From Parcubacteria group bacterium Gr01-1014_38 (lineage in GTDB: Bacteria > Patescibacteriota > Andersenbacteria > UBA10190 > CAIZMI01): a stretch of DNA of 64,000 bases. A program made the translations under genes and the position numbers. Below, piece after piece: positions 1 through 9,199 of the stretch. The DNA is taken from contig VMFP01000002.1 in the NCBI GenBank assembly GCA_007376145.1, forward strand, positions 8,679 through 72,678, given 5' to 3'. A model generated the notes under the pieces. That model made no database searches, was not told the origin of the DNA, and saw only the letters and a list, made by a program, of their open reading frames with translations. The first letter of the stretch is position 1; every line of letters starts with the position of its first letter.

Positions 1-940
1 CGGCTCCGAGACGCTCCATGCCGCGGATAAAGCCGAAGAGGATATTGCCCGTGCCGAGCGGCAGGATGATGTAGACCTTCGCCGATGCCTTGCCCGTCTT
101 TCCCAGCTCATCCCGCAAAAACGTGAGGCACTGCTGCGCCAGGAGAGAGTACATAAAGATGCCCACACCGTCCCAGCCATCGGTGACCTGCCAGTGTCCT
201 TCCCGTTCAATCCTCTCGCCCGCCATGGCAGCGACCACGTTGTAGAGCTGCTCCCGTGACAGGATCGCGCCGGCACCTGTGGAGATGGAGGTCACTCGGC
301 AATAGGGACCGCGCAGCTCCATCCTCATGTCGAGAGGCGTGGAAGCATCCACCAGGCAGTAGACCGTTTTCCGTTTTTTGGGCGGCACTGTGGCGTTCCA
401 GCGTTTGACCAGCTTCGCCAGGCTGAGTCCGGCGTTGCCGGCCGTCCAGAGTGCCAGGTGCTGAACGTCATGCTCGATCGCTTGAGAGAGCACCGCCCAC
501 GAGCGGAGGTCTTTGTGGGTGCCGGACCAGGTGTACGGGGACATATCCAAAACCCATGTTCCCCCAAGGCCCGAAAAGCGAGCCAGGTGCTCCATTTCGA
601 AGAGCGCCGGCTGGCCGCAAGGAACATGCAGCTTGGCCTGGAACAATTCTTTGAGCGCATCTCTGGGTTCCTTGAGACGGCCGCGTGACCGGAGTAGGAG
701 GTCTCTGCATCCATATTGAAGTAGTACTTCAGGAATGTCCTTGGCCTCCGGAATAATCGTGACGAAGCTCGAAGCCAGTTCAGCTTCTGCGATGGGACTG
801 AAGAATTCATGGCTCCGGTAACGGTTCATGCAGGTTGTGCAGAGAGCGTCGTTCGTGCGGTACGGACGCTCGAGCGACTTCCTGCACACCAGGCACCACG
901 CTTGCCAGTTCTCGTTGAACTCGAATCCCAATTCAGCCAT
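1..940 (-). CDS. PLP-dependent fold-type II enzyme (threonine synthase/cysteate synthase-like), 3' end runs off window
   Basis: Not in ORF track (no stop in window). Manual translation from ATG 940 (GGAGGA RBS): MAELGFEFNENWQAWCLVCRK...LCTTC (N-terminal CxxC..CxxC), PYTWSGTHKDLRS (PLP-lysine motif like PTGSFKDR), WTAGNAG, LPLGTGN phosphate loop. Confidence 0.8.
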   Translation of the reverse strand, partial: MAELGFEFNENWQAWCLVCRKSLERPYRTNDALCTTCMNRYRSHEFFSPIAEAELASSFVTIIPEAKDIPEVLLQYGCRDLLLRSRGRLKEPRDALKELFQAKLHVPCGQPALFEMEHLARFSGLGGTWVLDMSPYTWSGTHKDLRSWAVLSQAIEHDVQHLALWTAGNAGLSLAKLVKRWNATVPPKKRKTVYCLVDASTPLDMRMELRGPYCRVTSISTGAGAILSREQLYNVVAAMAGERIEREGHWQVTDGWDGVGIFMYSLLAQQCLTFLRDELGKTGKASAKVYIILPLGTGNILFGFIRGMERLGA

Positions 941-1220
941 GAGAAAATCCTCCAAGAAGGGGGTAGGTTCGTTGATTTTCAAAGGACAGGAAGATACCGC
1001 GAACCGAGACGATAGCAAATATCCGTCAGTCGGTCAACAGTCGCAGTGTGCTCAACCGAAAAGCCACGAAAGATCGAGGAAGTCCAGAAGAAACGAGACA
1101 TGAGACGACCCTTTTTAGAGTGTCTCATTTGTCTCATTTCCCTCGTGGAAGCCCCGACCCACGTGCCTCAAACCGCCTCTTGAAAAGGTCTCGAAAAAAG
1201 CTCTACGCTGACCAACAATC

Positions 1221-1248
1221 CCGGGTACTGAACCTGGGTGGCCCGCCA
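1221..1248 (+). other. degenerate tRNA 3'-half-like remnant (possible att site)
   Basis: CCGGG-TACTGAA-CCTGG (5-bp stem, 7-nt loop) followed by GTGGCCC-G-CCA; geometry of T-arm plus acceptor 3' strand, but the T-loop is non-canonical. Confidence 0.35.
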
Positions 1249-1373
1249 TTCGACTCGCGTGAGCGAGAAGAATGACCCTGAGCGACGAGCGTAGCGAAGG
1301 AGTTCACTCCGAGCGGAGTCGAGGAGTCGAAGGGCCAAGATCCTTTGTCGCTCACGCTCGCTCATGGTAAACC
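1247..1373. repeat. nested palindromic (REP/MITE-like) element
   Basis: GCGTGAGCGA (1257-1266) and TCGCTCACGC (1348-1357) are a perfect inverted pair enclosing CCCTGAGCGA...GAGTCGAAGGG and CTCCGAGCGGAGTCGAGGAG units. Confidence 0.6.
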
Positions 1374-1479
1374 AGGAATACTTTTTATCGGCAGACCTAA
1401 GCACTTAATACTCACCAGAAGGGATGTATTTAACCAACTTATTATCAGAGAGTATCGTCAGGTTGAGGCATTCTCTCGC

Positions 1480-2055
1480 ATGAAAAGAAGCAAAAGAACG
1501 TGTGAGTGGCCGGCGGGAGATACACTGATGGTGAAGTATCACGACGCGGAATGGGGCGTTCCGGTCCACAACGACCGGACGCATTTTGAATACCTCCTTC
1601 TCGACACCATGCAAGCGGGGCTCTCGTGGAGGACCATCCTGCACAAGCGCGAGAACTTCCGGAAGGCGTTTGACCGATTCGATTTCCGAAGAATTTCCCG
1701 CTACGGCCGAAAGGATGTTCAGCGGCTGCTCCGCGACGCTGGCATTATCCGTAACCGGCTGAAAATTCTCTCTGCCATTGAAAACGCGAAACGATTCCTG
1801 GAGATCCGCAAGGAGTTCGGCACCTTCGACCGCTACATCTGGCAATTCGTCGGTGGGAAGCCGATCCGGCACCGATTCCGGTCACTCAAGGAGTTGCCGG
1901 ATCGGACCAAAGAGTCCGACGCGATGAGCGCGAATTTAAAGAAGCGCGGTTTCCGCTTTGTCGGCTCTACGATCTGCTACGCCTATATGCAGGGGGCGGG
2001 GATGGTGAACGATCACGTTGTCGGCTGTTTCCGAAATCGAGGACCGTCGCGTTGA
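1480..2055 (+). CDS. tag: DNA-3-methyladenine glycosylase I
   Basis: CEW...YHDAEWGVP, QAGLSW, IIRNRLKI, GFRFVGSTICYAYMQGAGMVNDH motifs; ATG 1480 preferred over the track start 1345. Confidence 0.95.
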   Translation: MKRSKRTCEWPAGDTLMVKYHDAEWGVPVHNDRTHFEYLLLDTMQAGLSWRTILHKRENFRKAFDRFDFRRISRYGRKDVQRLLRDAGIIRNRLKILSAIENAKRFLEIRKEFGTFDRYIWQFVGGKPIRHRFRSLKELPDRTKESDAMSANLKKRGFRFVGSTICYAYMQGAGMVNDHVVGCFRNRGPSR

Positions 2056-2120
2056 AGGAACATCGGAATCAATAAAGAGGGTTTGGCATGGTACAGTAGC
2101 CTTTCGGTTTTAGGATCGCC

Positions 2121-2150
2121 TTGCCGAAAGGAGATTTTTTTCGGTACAAT
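2121..2150 (+). promoter_or_regulatory. sigma70-type promoter upstream of tRNA-Lys
   Basis: TTGCCG (2121-2126), 18-nt spacer, TACAAT (2145-2150). Confidence 0.55.
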
Positions 2151-2271
2151 ATCTTCGCGCGCTTTCATTCCGTGTGCTCGTATCTTTGTCCTGCTGTAGC
2201 AGGACAAAGATACGAGTTCGGGGTGTCGGCCACCGCCGACGCCCCATCGGAGGCGCTTCGTTTCACTTCGC

Positions 2272-2346
2272 GCGCTCGTAGCTCAGCGGTAGAGCAGGGG
2301 CCTCTTAAGCCCAAGGTCGCAGGTTCGAATCCTGCCGGGCGCACCA
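2272..2346 (+). tRNA. tRNA-Lys(CTT)
   Basis: GCGCTCG acceptor pairs with CGGGCGC-ACCA; D arm GCTC/GAGC; anticodon loop CTCTTAA; T arm GCAGG-TTCGAAT-CCTGC. Confidence 0.95.
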
Positions 2347-2352
2347 ATAGTT

Positions 2353-3270
2353 ATGTACAGATATCATCATCCCACGCCGATTGTGATAAAGCTCACTGAC
2401 GAGCTTGGTTTTCAATTGAGACAAAAAGCAGCGGAATATGTTGCCGCTAATCAGAATCGAACAGGGGCGGAAAGAGGAAGCTCGGAAGAGCAAGGGTTTG
2501 GCGCGCTTGCAGAAATGGTTGTTCGAAATAAACTCGGAATGCCTGAAATTAACCCCGAAAATCATCCGCTAGGATACGATATTCTGTTACCATCCGGCGT
2601 AAAGTTGGACGTGAAGTGCCGCGGTGGGGCGCTAGCATTCAAGGAAGAATATGAAAGTAGTGATGGGATAATGAGAGAGGCCAAGCATAATTTCTTTGCA
2701 CGTCAAATCCATGATGAAGAATTGGATACTGAAATTTACTTAATGACCCACCTCGAAACACCAAGCAACCGCGAACTTCCCGGCACGACGCGACAAAGGA
2801 AATGGATAGTCTACATCTGCGGCTGGGTATCGAAAGAACGAGTTGTACGAGAAGGCGTTTACCTGCCGCGCGGCTCCCTAACCGAACAAGGCAGGACTTG
2901 GTTCACTTACCGAGGACAAGAAGTAGAATTCTATAACCGCAATCTGAACGGCCTAGAAAAGATAGAGGATTTGTTGAGTATTGAGCGTACTGATATTGAA
3001 AAAGACAAGCACCACCAAGGCGATTTGAATCTAACCTCCGTTGATGCAGTGCGAATCGTTTACGACCTCATTGGTCGCGGTGTGCTCTCAGAAAAACACC
3101 TTGCCTTTGTTCAGAAAGAAACTGGCCTGGCCAAAATTGTGAAGCCGATTTTACACTCAAATCAGTATTTCCACCTTCTGAATTGGCTCAAAGGAAAAGG
3201 TGTGTTGACTGATAGTGAAATTAAAAAAGCGCAGCAAATTCTCCAAGAGGAGCCGTATAGCGGAATCTAA
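2353..3270 (+). CDS. putative type II restriction endonuclease (PD-(D/E)xK-like)
   Basis: GALAE helix and YDILL...LDVKCR nuclease-like motif; AT-richer than flanks; convergent with and overlapping a DNA methyltransferase. Confidence 0.6.
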   Translation: MYRYHHPTPIVIKLTDELGFQLRQKAAEYVAANQNRTGAERGSSEEQGFGALAEMVVRNKLGMPEINPENHPLGYDILLPSGVKLDVKCRGGALAFKEEYESSDGIMREAKHNFFARQIHDEELDTEIYLMTHLETPSNRELPGTTRQRKWIVYICGWVSKERVVREGVYLPRGSLTEQGRTWFTYRGQEVEFYNRNLNGLEKIEDLLSIERTDIEKDKHHQGDLNLTSVDAVRIVYDLIGRGVLSEKHLAFVQKETGLAKIVKPILHSNQYFHLLNWLKGKGVLTDSEIKKAQQILQEEPYSGI

Positions 3271-4361
3271 AATAGCTTTAGTTTGTTGCTCTCTGCCTTG
3301 TATTGAGTTTCAGCTTCTTTAATACGTTGTTTGGAAACCTCGATGTAATCAACCTTGTGCTTTTTGAAGAGATACACTTCTTGATTTTTCTCAACACCAA
3401 TAAATTTTCTTCTCTCCAGAACTGCCGATACAAGAAAACTACCGCTTCCACAAGCGTTGTCTAATACAATATCGCCTTCCCTTGTGAAGGTTCGGATCAA
3501 GTAACGGCCAAGTTCTATTGGTTTTTGCGTTGGATGATAAACTTCTCCTTCGCTTTCGGCAGTTTTGAAATAAATAACATCAGTTGGGTATCGTTCGCCA
3601 TTGCTTTTCACCTCGACAGTTTTGAAATCGCCATAACTACCCGTTAACTGATCCTTTCTAAAACCTTTATTGTAAGGTTCGCCATTGCTCATTTGAGGAT
3701 TGTACGTTGGTTGGCTCTTGTAAAAGACGAGAACATCCTCATGCTTCCTCAGCGGTTGTTTTTTTGCGTTCAAGAAATTTGTCGGTTTTGACTTAACCCA
3801 CGTTATTTTATATTTGAAAATTTTTGGATTAGAAAGCATCAAGGTAGCGGTAAAAAGTCCTTGCGCCGTGAGGACAATAACTCCTTCGTCTTTAACAATT
3901 CTTTCGTAGTGCAGCCATAGTTGGTCAAGCGGAATCACGCTATCCCAGTGATTTTGCGTAGTGCCATAAGGAAGATCGCACAAAATCATGTCTATTGATT
4001 TTGCGGGAACGCCTTTCATTATTTCCAAACAATCACCCTCAAGTATTTTATTTTCAAAATGAGCAATCGTCTTTTTGCTTTTAACCTCTTCGGCTTTCGG
4101 CTCTTCTACGCCGAGATTTTTACGCAGATACCATAAACAGTAGGTATTGACCGGCAATCCTTCTTGTTGTGCGCGTTGTTCAAGTTCCAAATAGGAATTT
4201 GTTCTTAACAGGTTACGTAGTTCGTTGCTTCCGAGATCGGCGATGCTTTTATATACATCTTTGTTTCTTGAGCCAAAAGCTAAGATAAACCCCTTTGCTT
4301 TCAGGTTCGCTTCCTTGTAGTCGGGGAAGTACACTGCTTTGAAAATCTGATTACTCGGCAT
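3267..4361 (-). CDS. site-specific DNA methyltransferase (N6A/N4C, beta-type motif order) with N-terminal extension
   Basis: ILEGDCLE, DMILCDLPYG, HPTQKP, VLDNACGSGS; ATG 4361 lies 7 nt after TATAAT. Confidence 0.9.
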   Translation of the reverse strand: MPSNQIFKAVYFPDYKEANLKAKGFILAFGSRNKDVYKSIADLGSNELRNLLRTNSYLELEQRAQQEGLPVNTYCLWYLRKNLGVEEPKAEEVKSKKTIAHFENKILEGDCLEIMKGVPAKSIDMILCDLPYGTTQNHWDSVIPLDQLWLHYERIVKDEGVIVLTAQGLFTATLMLSNPKIFKYKITWVKSKPTNFLNAKKQPLRKHEDVLVFYKSQPTYNPQMSNGEPYNKGFRKDQLTGSYGDFKTVEVKSNGERYPTDVIYFKTAESEGEVYHPTQKPIELGRYLIRTFTREGDIVLDNACGSGSFLVSAVLERRKFIGVEKNQEVYLFKKHKVDYIEVSKQRIKEAETQYKAESNKLKLF

Positions 4362-4537
4362 GAATGTATTATAGTATGATACCCACGGATTTTCCATTGG
4401 CAATTATCCACAAGCCGCGTCCGAGCTTCCCCTGGAGTCCTGCACCAGAGCAAGTTCGATGCGGGATAAACTCTGCGGAGGCAGTCAGTCCTTCTCAAAA
4501 AAGGTTCACGCGAAATGTATGATTCGGGCACCAACAT

Positions 4538-5104
4538 CTAAAATCCCAACCAGTGCGCGAGGAGGTCGGGGAGGGGTTCGCGGAGGTTGACGTCTTCTTT
4601 GACGCCGCGGCGGAGCGCCCGGCGAACGGCCTCGGGGTCTTGGTCGCCGAGCGGCAGGTGGAGAAGCGGCATGACGAGGCGTTTGCTGCGGATGAGCGCG
4701 AGCATGCCGGTAGGGGATTCCACGACGTTGAATGCTTCGAGGTCACGGAGGAGGTACCGGCGGTCATTGATGGTGAGATCGTCACGGCTGATCTGGATGC
4801 GGAGCGATCGCGGTGAGCGCTCGCTGTAGATGAGGATCAGGACGCCGGAGAGTACAAAGACGACGCCGCTCAAGAAGGAGCGGAGGAGGAACGCGACAAA
4901 GACGAGGGCCGCCATCCCCGCGCCGAAGGCCGCGTACCAGAGTGCGCCCTTCGGCTGCGGGTGGAATTCTGACGTTTCCCAAGCGAGAGCGGGCAGGGCC
5001 GGCGGGAGCGGCTGCGGTTCAGCGGCAGCGACGGTTGCCGCAGGCGTCGGCGGAGGACCCGGGTGCGACGCGGTACTCTGGCGGAGATTCACGGTGTCCG
5101 GCAT
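4538..5104 (-). CDS. two-TM membrane protein typical of CPR (DUF5673-like)
   Basis: LAWETSEFHPQPKGALWY, two hydrophobic helices, then a PH-like beta region. Confidence 0.6.
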   Translation of the reverse strand: MPDTVNLRQSTASHPGPPPTPAATVAAAEPQPLPPALPALAWETSEFHPQPKGALWYAAFGAGMAALVFVAFLLRSFLSGVVFVLSGVLILIYSERSPRSLRIQISRDDLTINDRRYLLRDLEAFNVVESPTGMLALIRSKRLVMPLLHLPLGDQDPEAVRRALRRGVKEDVNLREPLPDLLAHWLGF

Positions 5105-5163
5105 GCCGTGTAGGCTCTTCCACCAGCATACCGCGAAACGTCCTCACGTGCGGAATCGGCTTC

Positions 5164-5916
5164 TTATCCGCGCGCCACGACGGCCGCCCAGAGCTCCTTC
5201 GCTCCCGCAGATGCGAGCACCCCGGCGGCGGCCTCGAGCGTCGCGCCGCTTGTGAGGACATCATCCACGAGCACGAGGCGCGGCGGCGGAGGGTGCGGCA
5301 CGCCGGAGCGGAGGGCAAAGGCGCGCGCAACGTTCTGGCGGCGAACCGCCGCACTTCCCAGGAGGCTGGTCTGCGGCGACGTAGACCGCGTGCGAAAGAG
5401 GAGGGGTGTCACCGGAAGGCCGAGGTGCATTCCCATCGCCTCCGCGAGGAGCTGCGCTTGGTTAAACCCGCGGGCGCGTTCACGCCGGGGATGGAGCGGA
5501 AGGGGGACCAGAGCGGGAAGAGCGCCGTCGGGCGACTGCCGAAGCAGTCCCGCAGCCGCGATTTTCCGCGCGAGGAGGTCACCAAGCGGGCCGGCAAGAG
5601 CGCGGACTCCGCGGAATTTGAATGTCGAGATGGCGGAGCGGAGAATGGGATCTCGGTAGAGCCCGACGGCGACGGAACCCGCGAGCGGCGTGCGCGGGAG
5701 GCAGGTGTAGCAGGTGCGTCCCGTCGGGGCACGGAGACCGCACACGAGGCAGACCGGCGCATCAGGGGTCAGCCGCTGGCGGCAGGCGGCGCACAGCCAC
5801 CGGCCTGCCTCGTCGGTGGACGTCTCCTGGTACGTTCCGCACCCGACGCAGGCGATCGGGAAGAGGAGATCGAGGACGGCCCGCGCGGTGGAACGGACCC
5901 CCGCGCGGAGACTCAT
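5164..5916 (-). CDS. comF: ComF family competence protein (double zinc ribbon + PRTase)
   Basis: LLDLLFPxxCxxC, further CxxC pairs, RGFNQA, VLVDDVLTSGATL. Confidence 0.92.
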   Translation of the reverse strand: MSLRAGVRSTARAVLDLLFPIACVGCGTYQETSTDEAGRWLCAACRQRLTPDAPVCLVCGLRAPTGRTCYTCLPRTPLAGSVAVGLYRDPILRSAISTFKFRGVRALAGPLGDLLARKIAAAGLLRQSPDGALPALVPLPLHPRRERARGFNQAQLLAEAMGMHLGLPVTPLLFRTRSTSPQTSLLGSAAVRRQNVARAFALRSGVPHPPPPRLVLVDDVLTSGATLEAAAGVLASAGAKELWAAVVARG

Positions 5917-5951
5917 GGGAACCCGCCCTGGGCCGCGCACGGCGTTAGGCG

Positions 5952-8540
5952 TCAGACGGTTGCCGTCGCCGCCACGGGTGCGGCGCGACGCTCTTTCTTC
6001 GGGTGCGAGGTTTCGAGTTTTACGGCTCCGTCGGCAAAGGTGATCTGCACCGACGCCCCCGGCTGGATGCTGGCGTCAATGATGCCGTTGGCGATGGGAT
6101 CTTCGACGAGCTCTTGGACGAACTGGCGGATGGGCCGGGCGCCTTCGTTCACGTCCCAGGCCCGCTTGGCGGTTTCATCACGGACGGCGTCGGCGACTTC
6201 TGCGTCAATCTTCTGCTTCCGGAGCCGCTCCTTCAAATCTTCGAGGTGCAGGGCCGCAATCCGGCGGAGCTCCGGCAGACCGAGCGGCTTGAAGACGACA
6301 ATCTGGTCGATGCGCGAGAGGAGCTCCGGCGGCATTTCTTCCTTGAGGTTCGAGAGGACCCGGTCTTTCGTTTCCTCGTACCGCTGTTTCGCTTCCTGGC
6401 GTTCGGACTCTCCCTGCACTTCGAACCCCATCTTCGCTTCCTTCGAAAGCTCGTGGGAACCGATGTTGCTCGTCATGATGATGATCGCGTTGCGGAAGTT
6501 CGCCTTCTTCCCGTGCGAGTCGGTGAGCTCTCCCTCTTCGAGAATTTGGAGGAGAATGTTGAACACGTCGTGGTGCGCCTTCTCAATTTCATCGAAGAGG
6601 ACGATGGCGTAGGGGCGGCGGCGGATCGCCTCGGTGAGTTTGCCGCCCTCCTCGTATCCCACGTAGCCCGCTGGGGCGCCGATGAGGCGAGACACGGCGT
6701 GCGCTTCCATGAATTCCGACATGTCCACCCGGACGAGCGCGGACTCGTCTTCGTAGATCTCCCGAGCCAGAACCTTGGCGAGTTCTGTCTTCCCGACGCC
6801 GGTCGGCCCCAGGAACAGGAAGCTTCCCACCGGACGGCGTGGGTTGCTGATCCCCGCGCGTGCCCGGCGGATGAAGCGGGAGACAATCTGGATCGCTTCC
6901 TTCTGGCCGACGATCTTGCTCCCGATTGTCCGCTCAAGGTTCTGGAGTTTCTTCCCTTCCGCTTTCACGAGGCGAGACACGGGGATGTTCGTCATCTCCG
7001 CGATGACGGTGGCAACGTCTTCCCGGGTGATGAGGACCGGTTCCCCGCCCGACGTCGCGGGAGACGCGTGGAGGGTGTGGACGTGCTCGGCCATGTCCTG
7101 TTCGGCTTTCTTGAGCGCGAGGGCTTCTTCGTAGCGCTCTTCGGCAATCGCTTTGTCCTTCTGGGCGGTAAGTTCCTTCAACTTCTCCTGCACTGCTTTG
7201 AGTTCGACCGCAGCGGGCGATCCCGCCATCCCACCGCGCTTCAGTCGCGCCGTCGACGCGGCTTCGTCGAGGAGATCGAGGGCCTTGTCGGGCAAGAACC
7301 GATCGGTGACATATCGCTTCGCGAGAGCCACGGAGGCCTCAAGAGCGTCGTCGGTGACTTTCGCACCGTGGTGCTTCTCGTACGATTCCCGCACGCCGCG
7401 GAGAACTTCGAGCGTCTCCGCTTCCGTCGCTTCCCGGACGATGATGGGCTGGAAGCGGCGTTCCAGCGCAGCGTCTTTCTCGATGTACTTCCGGTATTCG
7501 TCAAGCGTGGTGGCCCCAATGCACTGGATCTCCCCGTGGGAGAGCGTCGGCTTCAGGATGTTCGCCGCGTCGAGCGAACCGCCCGCCGATCCGGCGCCGA
7601 CGATGGTGTGGAGCTCATCAATGAAGAGCATGACGTTGGAGTTTTCCTTTGCTTCCCGGATGACTTCCTTGAGGCGCTCCTCGAACTCTCCGCGAAACGT
7701 GGTGCCGGCAAGCACGGCGGCGAGGTCGAGCGCCAAGATGCGCTTGTCCACGAGGTGCGGAGGCACCTGCCCCTTGGCGATGCGCTGGGCCAGCCCCACG
7801 ACGATGGCGGTCTTCCCCGTCCCGGGGTCTCCAATGAGGACGGGGTTGTTCTTCTGTTTCCGGGTCAGGATGCTCATGACCCGCTGGATCTCCTTCTGTC
7901 GTCCCACGACCGGATCGAACTTGCCCTGACGGGCCTGTTCGGTGAAATCCGTGCAGAAGTAGTCGAGAGCAGGCGTCCGCGACTTCGGGCGCTTCAGCTG
8001 CGCATCCATGCCCTTCGGCATCTGGATCGGCAGTCCGGTAAGACTTCCGAGACCACCCTGGAGGAAATTCGTGAGGTCGGGGAAGTGCGCCGTATTCCGT
8101 AAGACCACTTTCACCTGGTGGAGAAGCGTCTTTGTGTCCGCCGGCGAGCGCTCAAGGATCTGGTACGCCGTGGATTCCTTTGAGGTGAGGAGACCGTAGA
8201 GGAGGTGCTCGGTGCCGATGTACCGGTGCTGATGCTCAAACGCGGTCCGCGCGGCCCGCTCGAGTGCTTTCTCGGCGTCGGTCGCGAGAATTTCCTGGAA
8301 CTCTTGGCCGCGAGGGAGCGTTTCCAGTTCCGTTCGGACGTACTCCGGGGAGAGGCGGAGCTTCCGGAGCAGGGTAGCGGCAATGCTCCCCGTCTCTTTG
8401 CTCAAGCCGTAGAGAAGGTGCTCGCTGCCGACACCGTTGTGCTGAAGCTCATCGGCCACACGCGTCGCCTCCGCCAGGACATTCTTCAGGCGAGTTGTGA
8501 GCTTGTCTTGTATGGGAAGAGTGTTCATCTCTTTCATCAT
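5952..8540 (-). CDS. clpC: ATP-dependent Clp protease ATP-binding subunit ClpC
   Basis: Clp N-repeats (GSEHLL, GTEHLL), two Walker A motifs (GDPGTGKT, GPTGVGKT), UVR-like middle segment. Confidence 0.95.
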   Translation of the reverse strand: MMKEMNTLPIQDKLTTRLKNVLAEATRVADELQHNGVGSEHLLYGLSKETGSIAATLLRKLRLSPEYVRTELETLPRGQEFQEILATDAEKALERAARTAFEHQHRYIGTEHLLYGLLTSKESTAYQILERSPADTKTLLHQVKVVLRNTAHFPDLTNFLQGGLGSLTGLPIQMPKGMDAQLKRPKSRTPALDYFCTDFTEQARQGKFDPVVGRQKEIQRVMSILTRKQKNNPVLIGDPGTGKTAIVVGLAQRIAKGQVPPHLVDKRILALDLAAVLAGTTFRGEFEERLKEVIREAKENSNVMLFIDELHTIVGAGSAGGSLDAANILKPTLSHGEIQCIGATTLDEYRKYIEKDAALERRFQPIIVREATEAETLEVLRGVRESYEKHHGAKVTDDALEASVALAKRYVTDRFLPDKALDLLDEAASTARLKRGGMAGSPAAVELKAVQEKLKELTAQKDKAIAEERYEEALALKKAEQDMAEHVHTLHASPATSGGEPVLITREDVATVIAEMTNIPVSRLVKAEGKKLQNLERTIGSKIVGQKEAIQIVSRFIRRARAGISNPRRPVGSFLFLGPTGVGKTELAKVLAREIYEDESALVRVDMSEFMEAHAVSRLIGAPAGYVGYEEGGKLTEAIRRRPYAIVLFDEIEKAHHDVFNILLQILEEGELTDSHGKKANFRNAIIIMTSNIGSHELSKEAKMGFEVQGESERQEAKQRYEETKDRVLSNLKEEMPPELLSRIDQIVVFKPLGLPELRRIAALHLEDLKERLRKQKIDAEVADAVRDETAKRAWDVNEGARPIRQFVQELVEDPIANGIIDASIQPGASVQITFADGAVKLETSHPKKERRAAPVAATATV

Positions 8541-8581
8541 TGTACACTACGATTGGTGCGGGAGAGCTATGGTACCGGGAG

Positions 8582-9199
8582 ATGCCCCCAGCGTCAAGAA
8601 GCGGTAGCGCGTTCCCGCCGAGCAAAGGTCGCAGCGCGCCGCTCGGGGGGTGGACCACAGAGCGCGACGCACACCGTTCCGCGCGTCCAGCGCGGCGGCG
8701 AGATGATCCGCGGTACGTTGCGCTCCGCTTGCTGGCCATTCGGCCGCGGAGCATTCGAGAGCTGATGAGGCGGCTGAGCGAGAAAGGATTTCCTCCGGAG
8801 CGGGTGCAGGGAGTGATCCACGCACTTCAGGAACAAAGGATACTCGATGACGCGCAATTCTCCCACATCCTCATTGAACAGACGCTCGCGCGGAAACCGG
8901 TGGGGCGGAAGCTCCTGGCGTGGAAACTGCGGCAGGCGAGCGTCGCTCCCGAGGGTATCGAGGAAGCGCTCGGGAGAGTCTTCCCACGCGTTCGAGAACT
9001 CGCGCTCGCCCGTGCTGCCGCAGCGCAGAAGCTCGCCGAGCTCCTGCGGCGTCGGCGCATTGCGCCGCGGAGTGACCTCAAGGCACGCATCGGACGGTTT
9101 CTCCTCTCCCGGGGGTTTTCTCCAGAGCTCGTTCCCGAAGTTCTCGAAGAAATCGTGTTCGGGCGAGCGAGTCACGGGCCTCGTGGGGTCGAGCAGTAG
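8582..9199 (+). CDS. recX: RecX family regulator
   Basis: ALRLLAIRPRSIRELMRRLSEKG, LDDAQF, RFLLSRGFS; start uncertain. Confidence 0.85.
   Translation: MPPASRSGSAFPPSKGRSAPLGGWTTERDAHRSARPARRRDDPRYVALRLLAIRPRSIRELMRRLSEKGFPPERVQGVIHALQEQRILDDAQFSHILIEQTLARKPVGRKLLAWKLRQASVAPEGIEEALGRVFPRVRELALARAAAAQKLAELLRRRRIAPRSDLKARIGRFLLSRGFSPELVPEVLEEIVFGRASHGPRGVEQ

Noticed and set aside
1247-1373. Possible CRISPR array
   Set aside because: Repeats are nested palindromes without regular unique spacers; no cas genes in the window.
4404-4412. Perfect DnaA box TTATCCACA
   Set aside because: Single box, no dnaA/dnaN or box cluster; insufficient for oriC.
4502-4533. GGTTC...TTCGGGCACCA as attR duplicate of tRNA-Lys 3' end
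   Set aside because: Only partial similarity to CGGGCGCACCA and no T-arm geometry; too weak to call.
6003-8102. 699-aa ORF antisense to clpC (likewise 20837-23014, 26422-28011, 37714-39342, 58439-59590)
   Set aside because: Shadow frames expected from high-GC codon bias opposite well-supported genes; no motifs.
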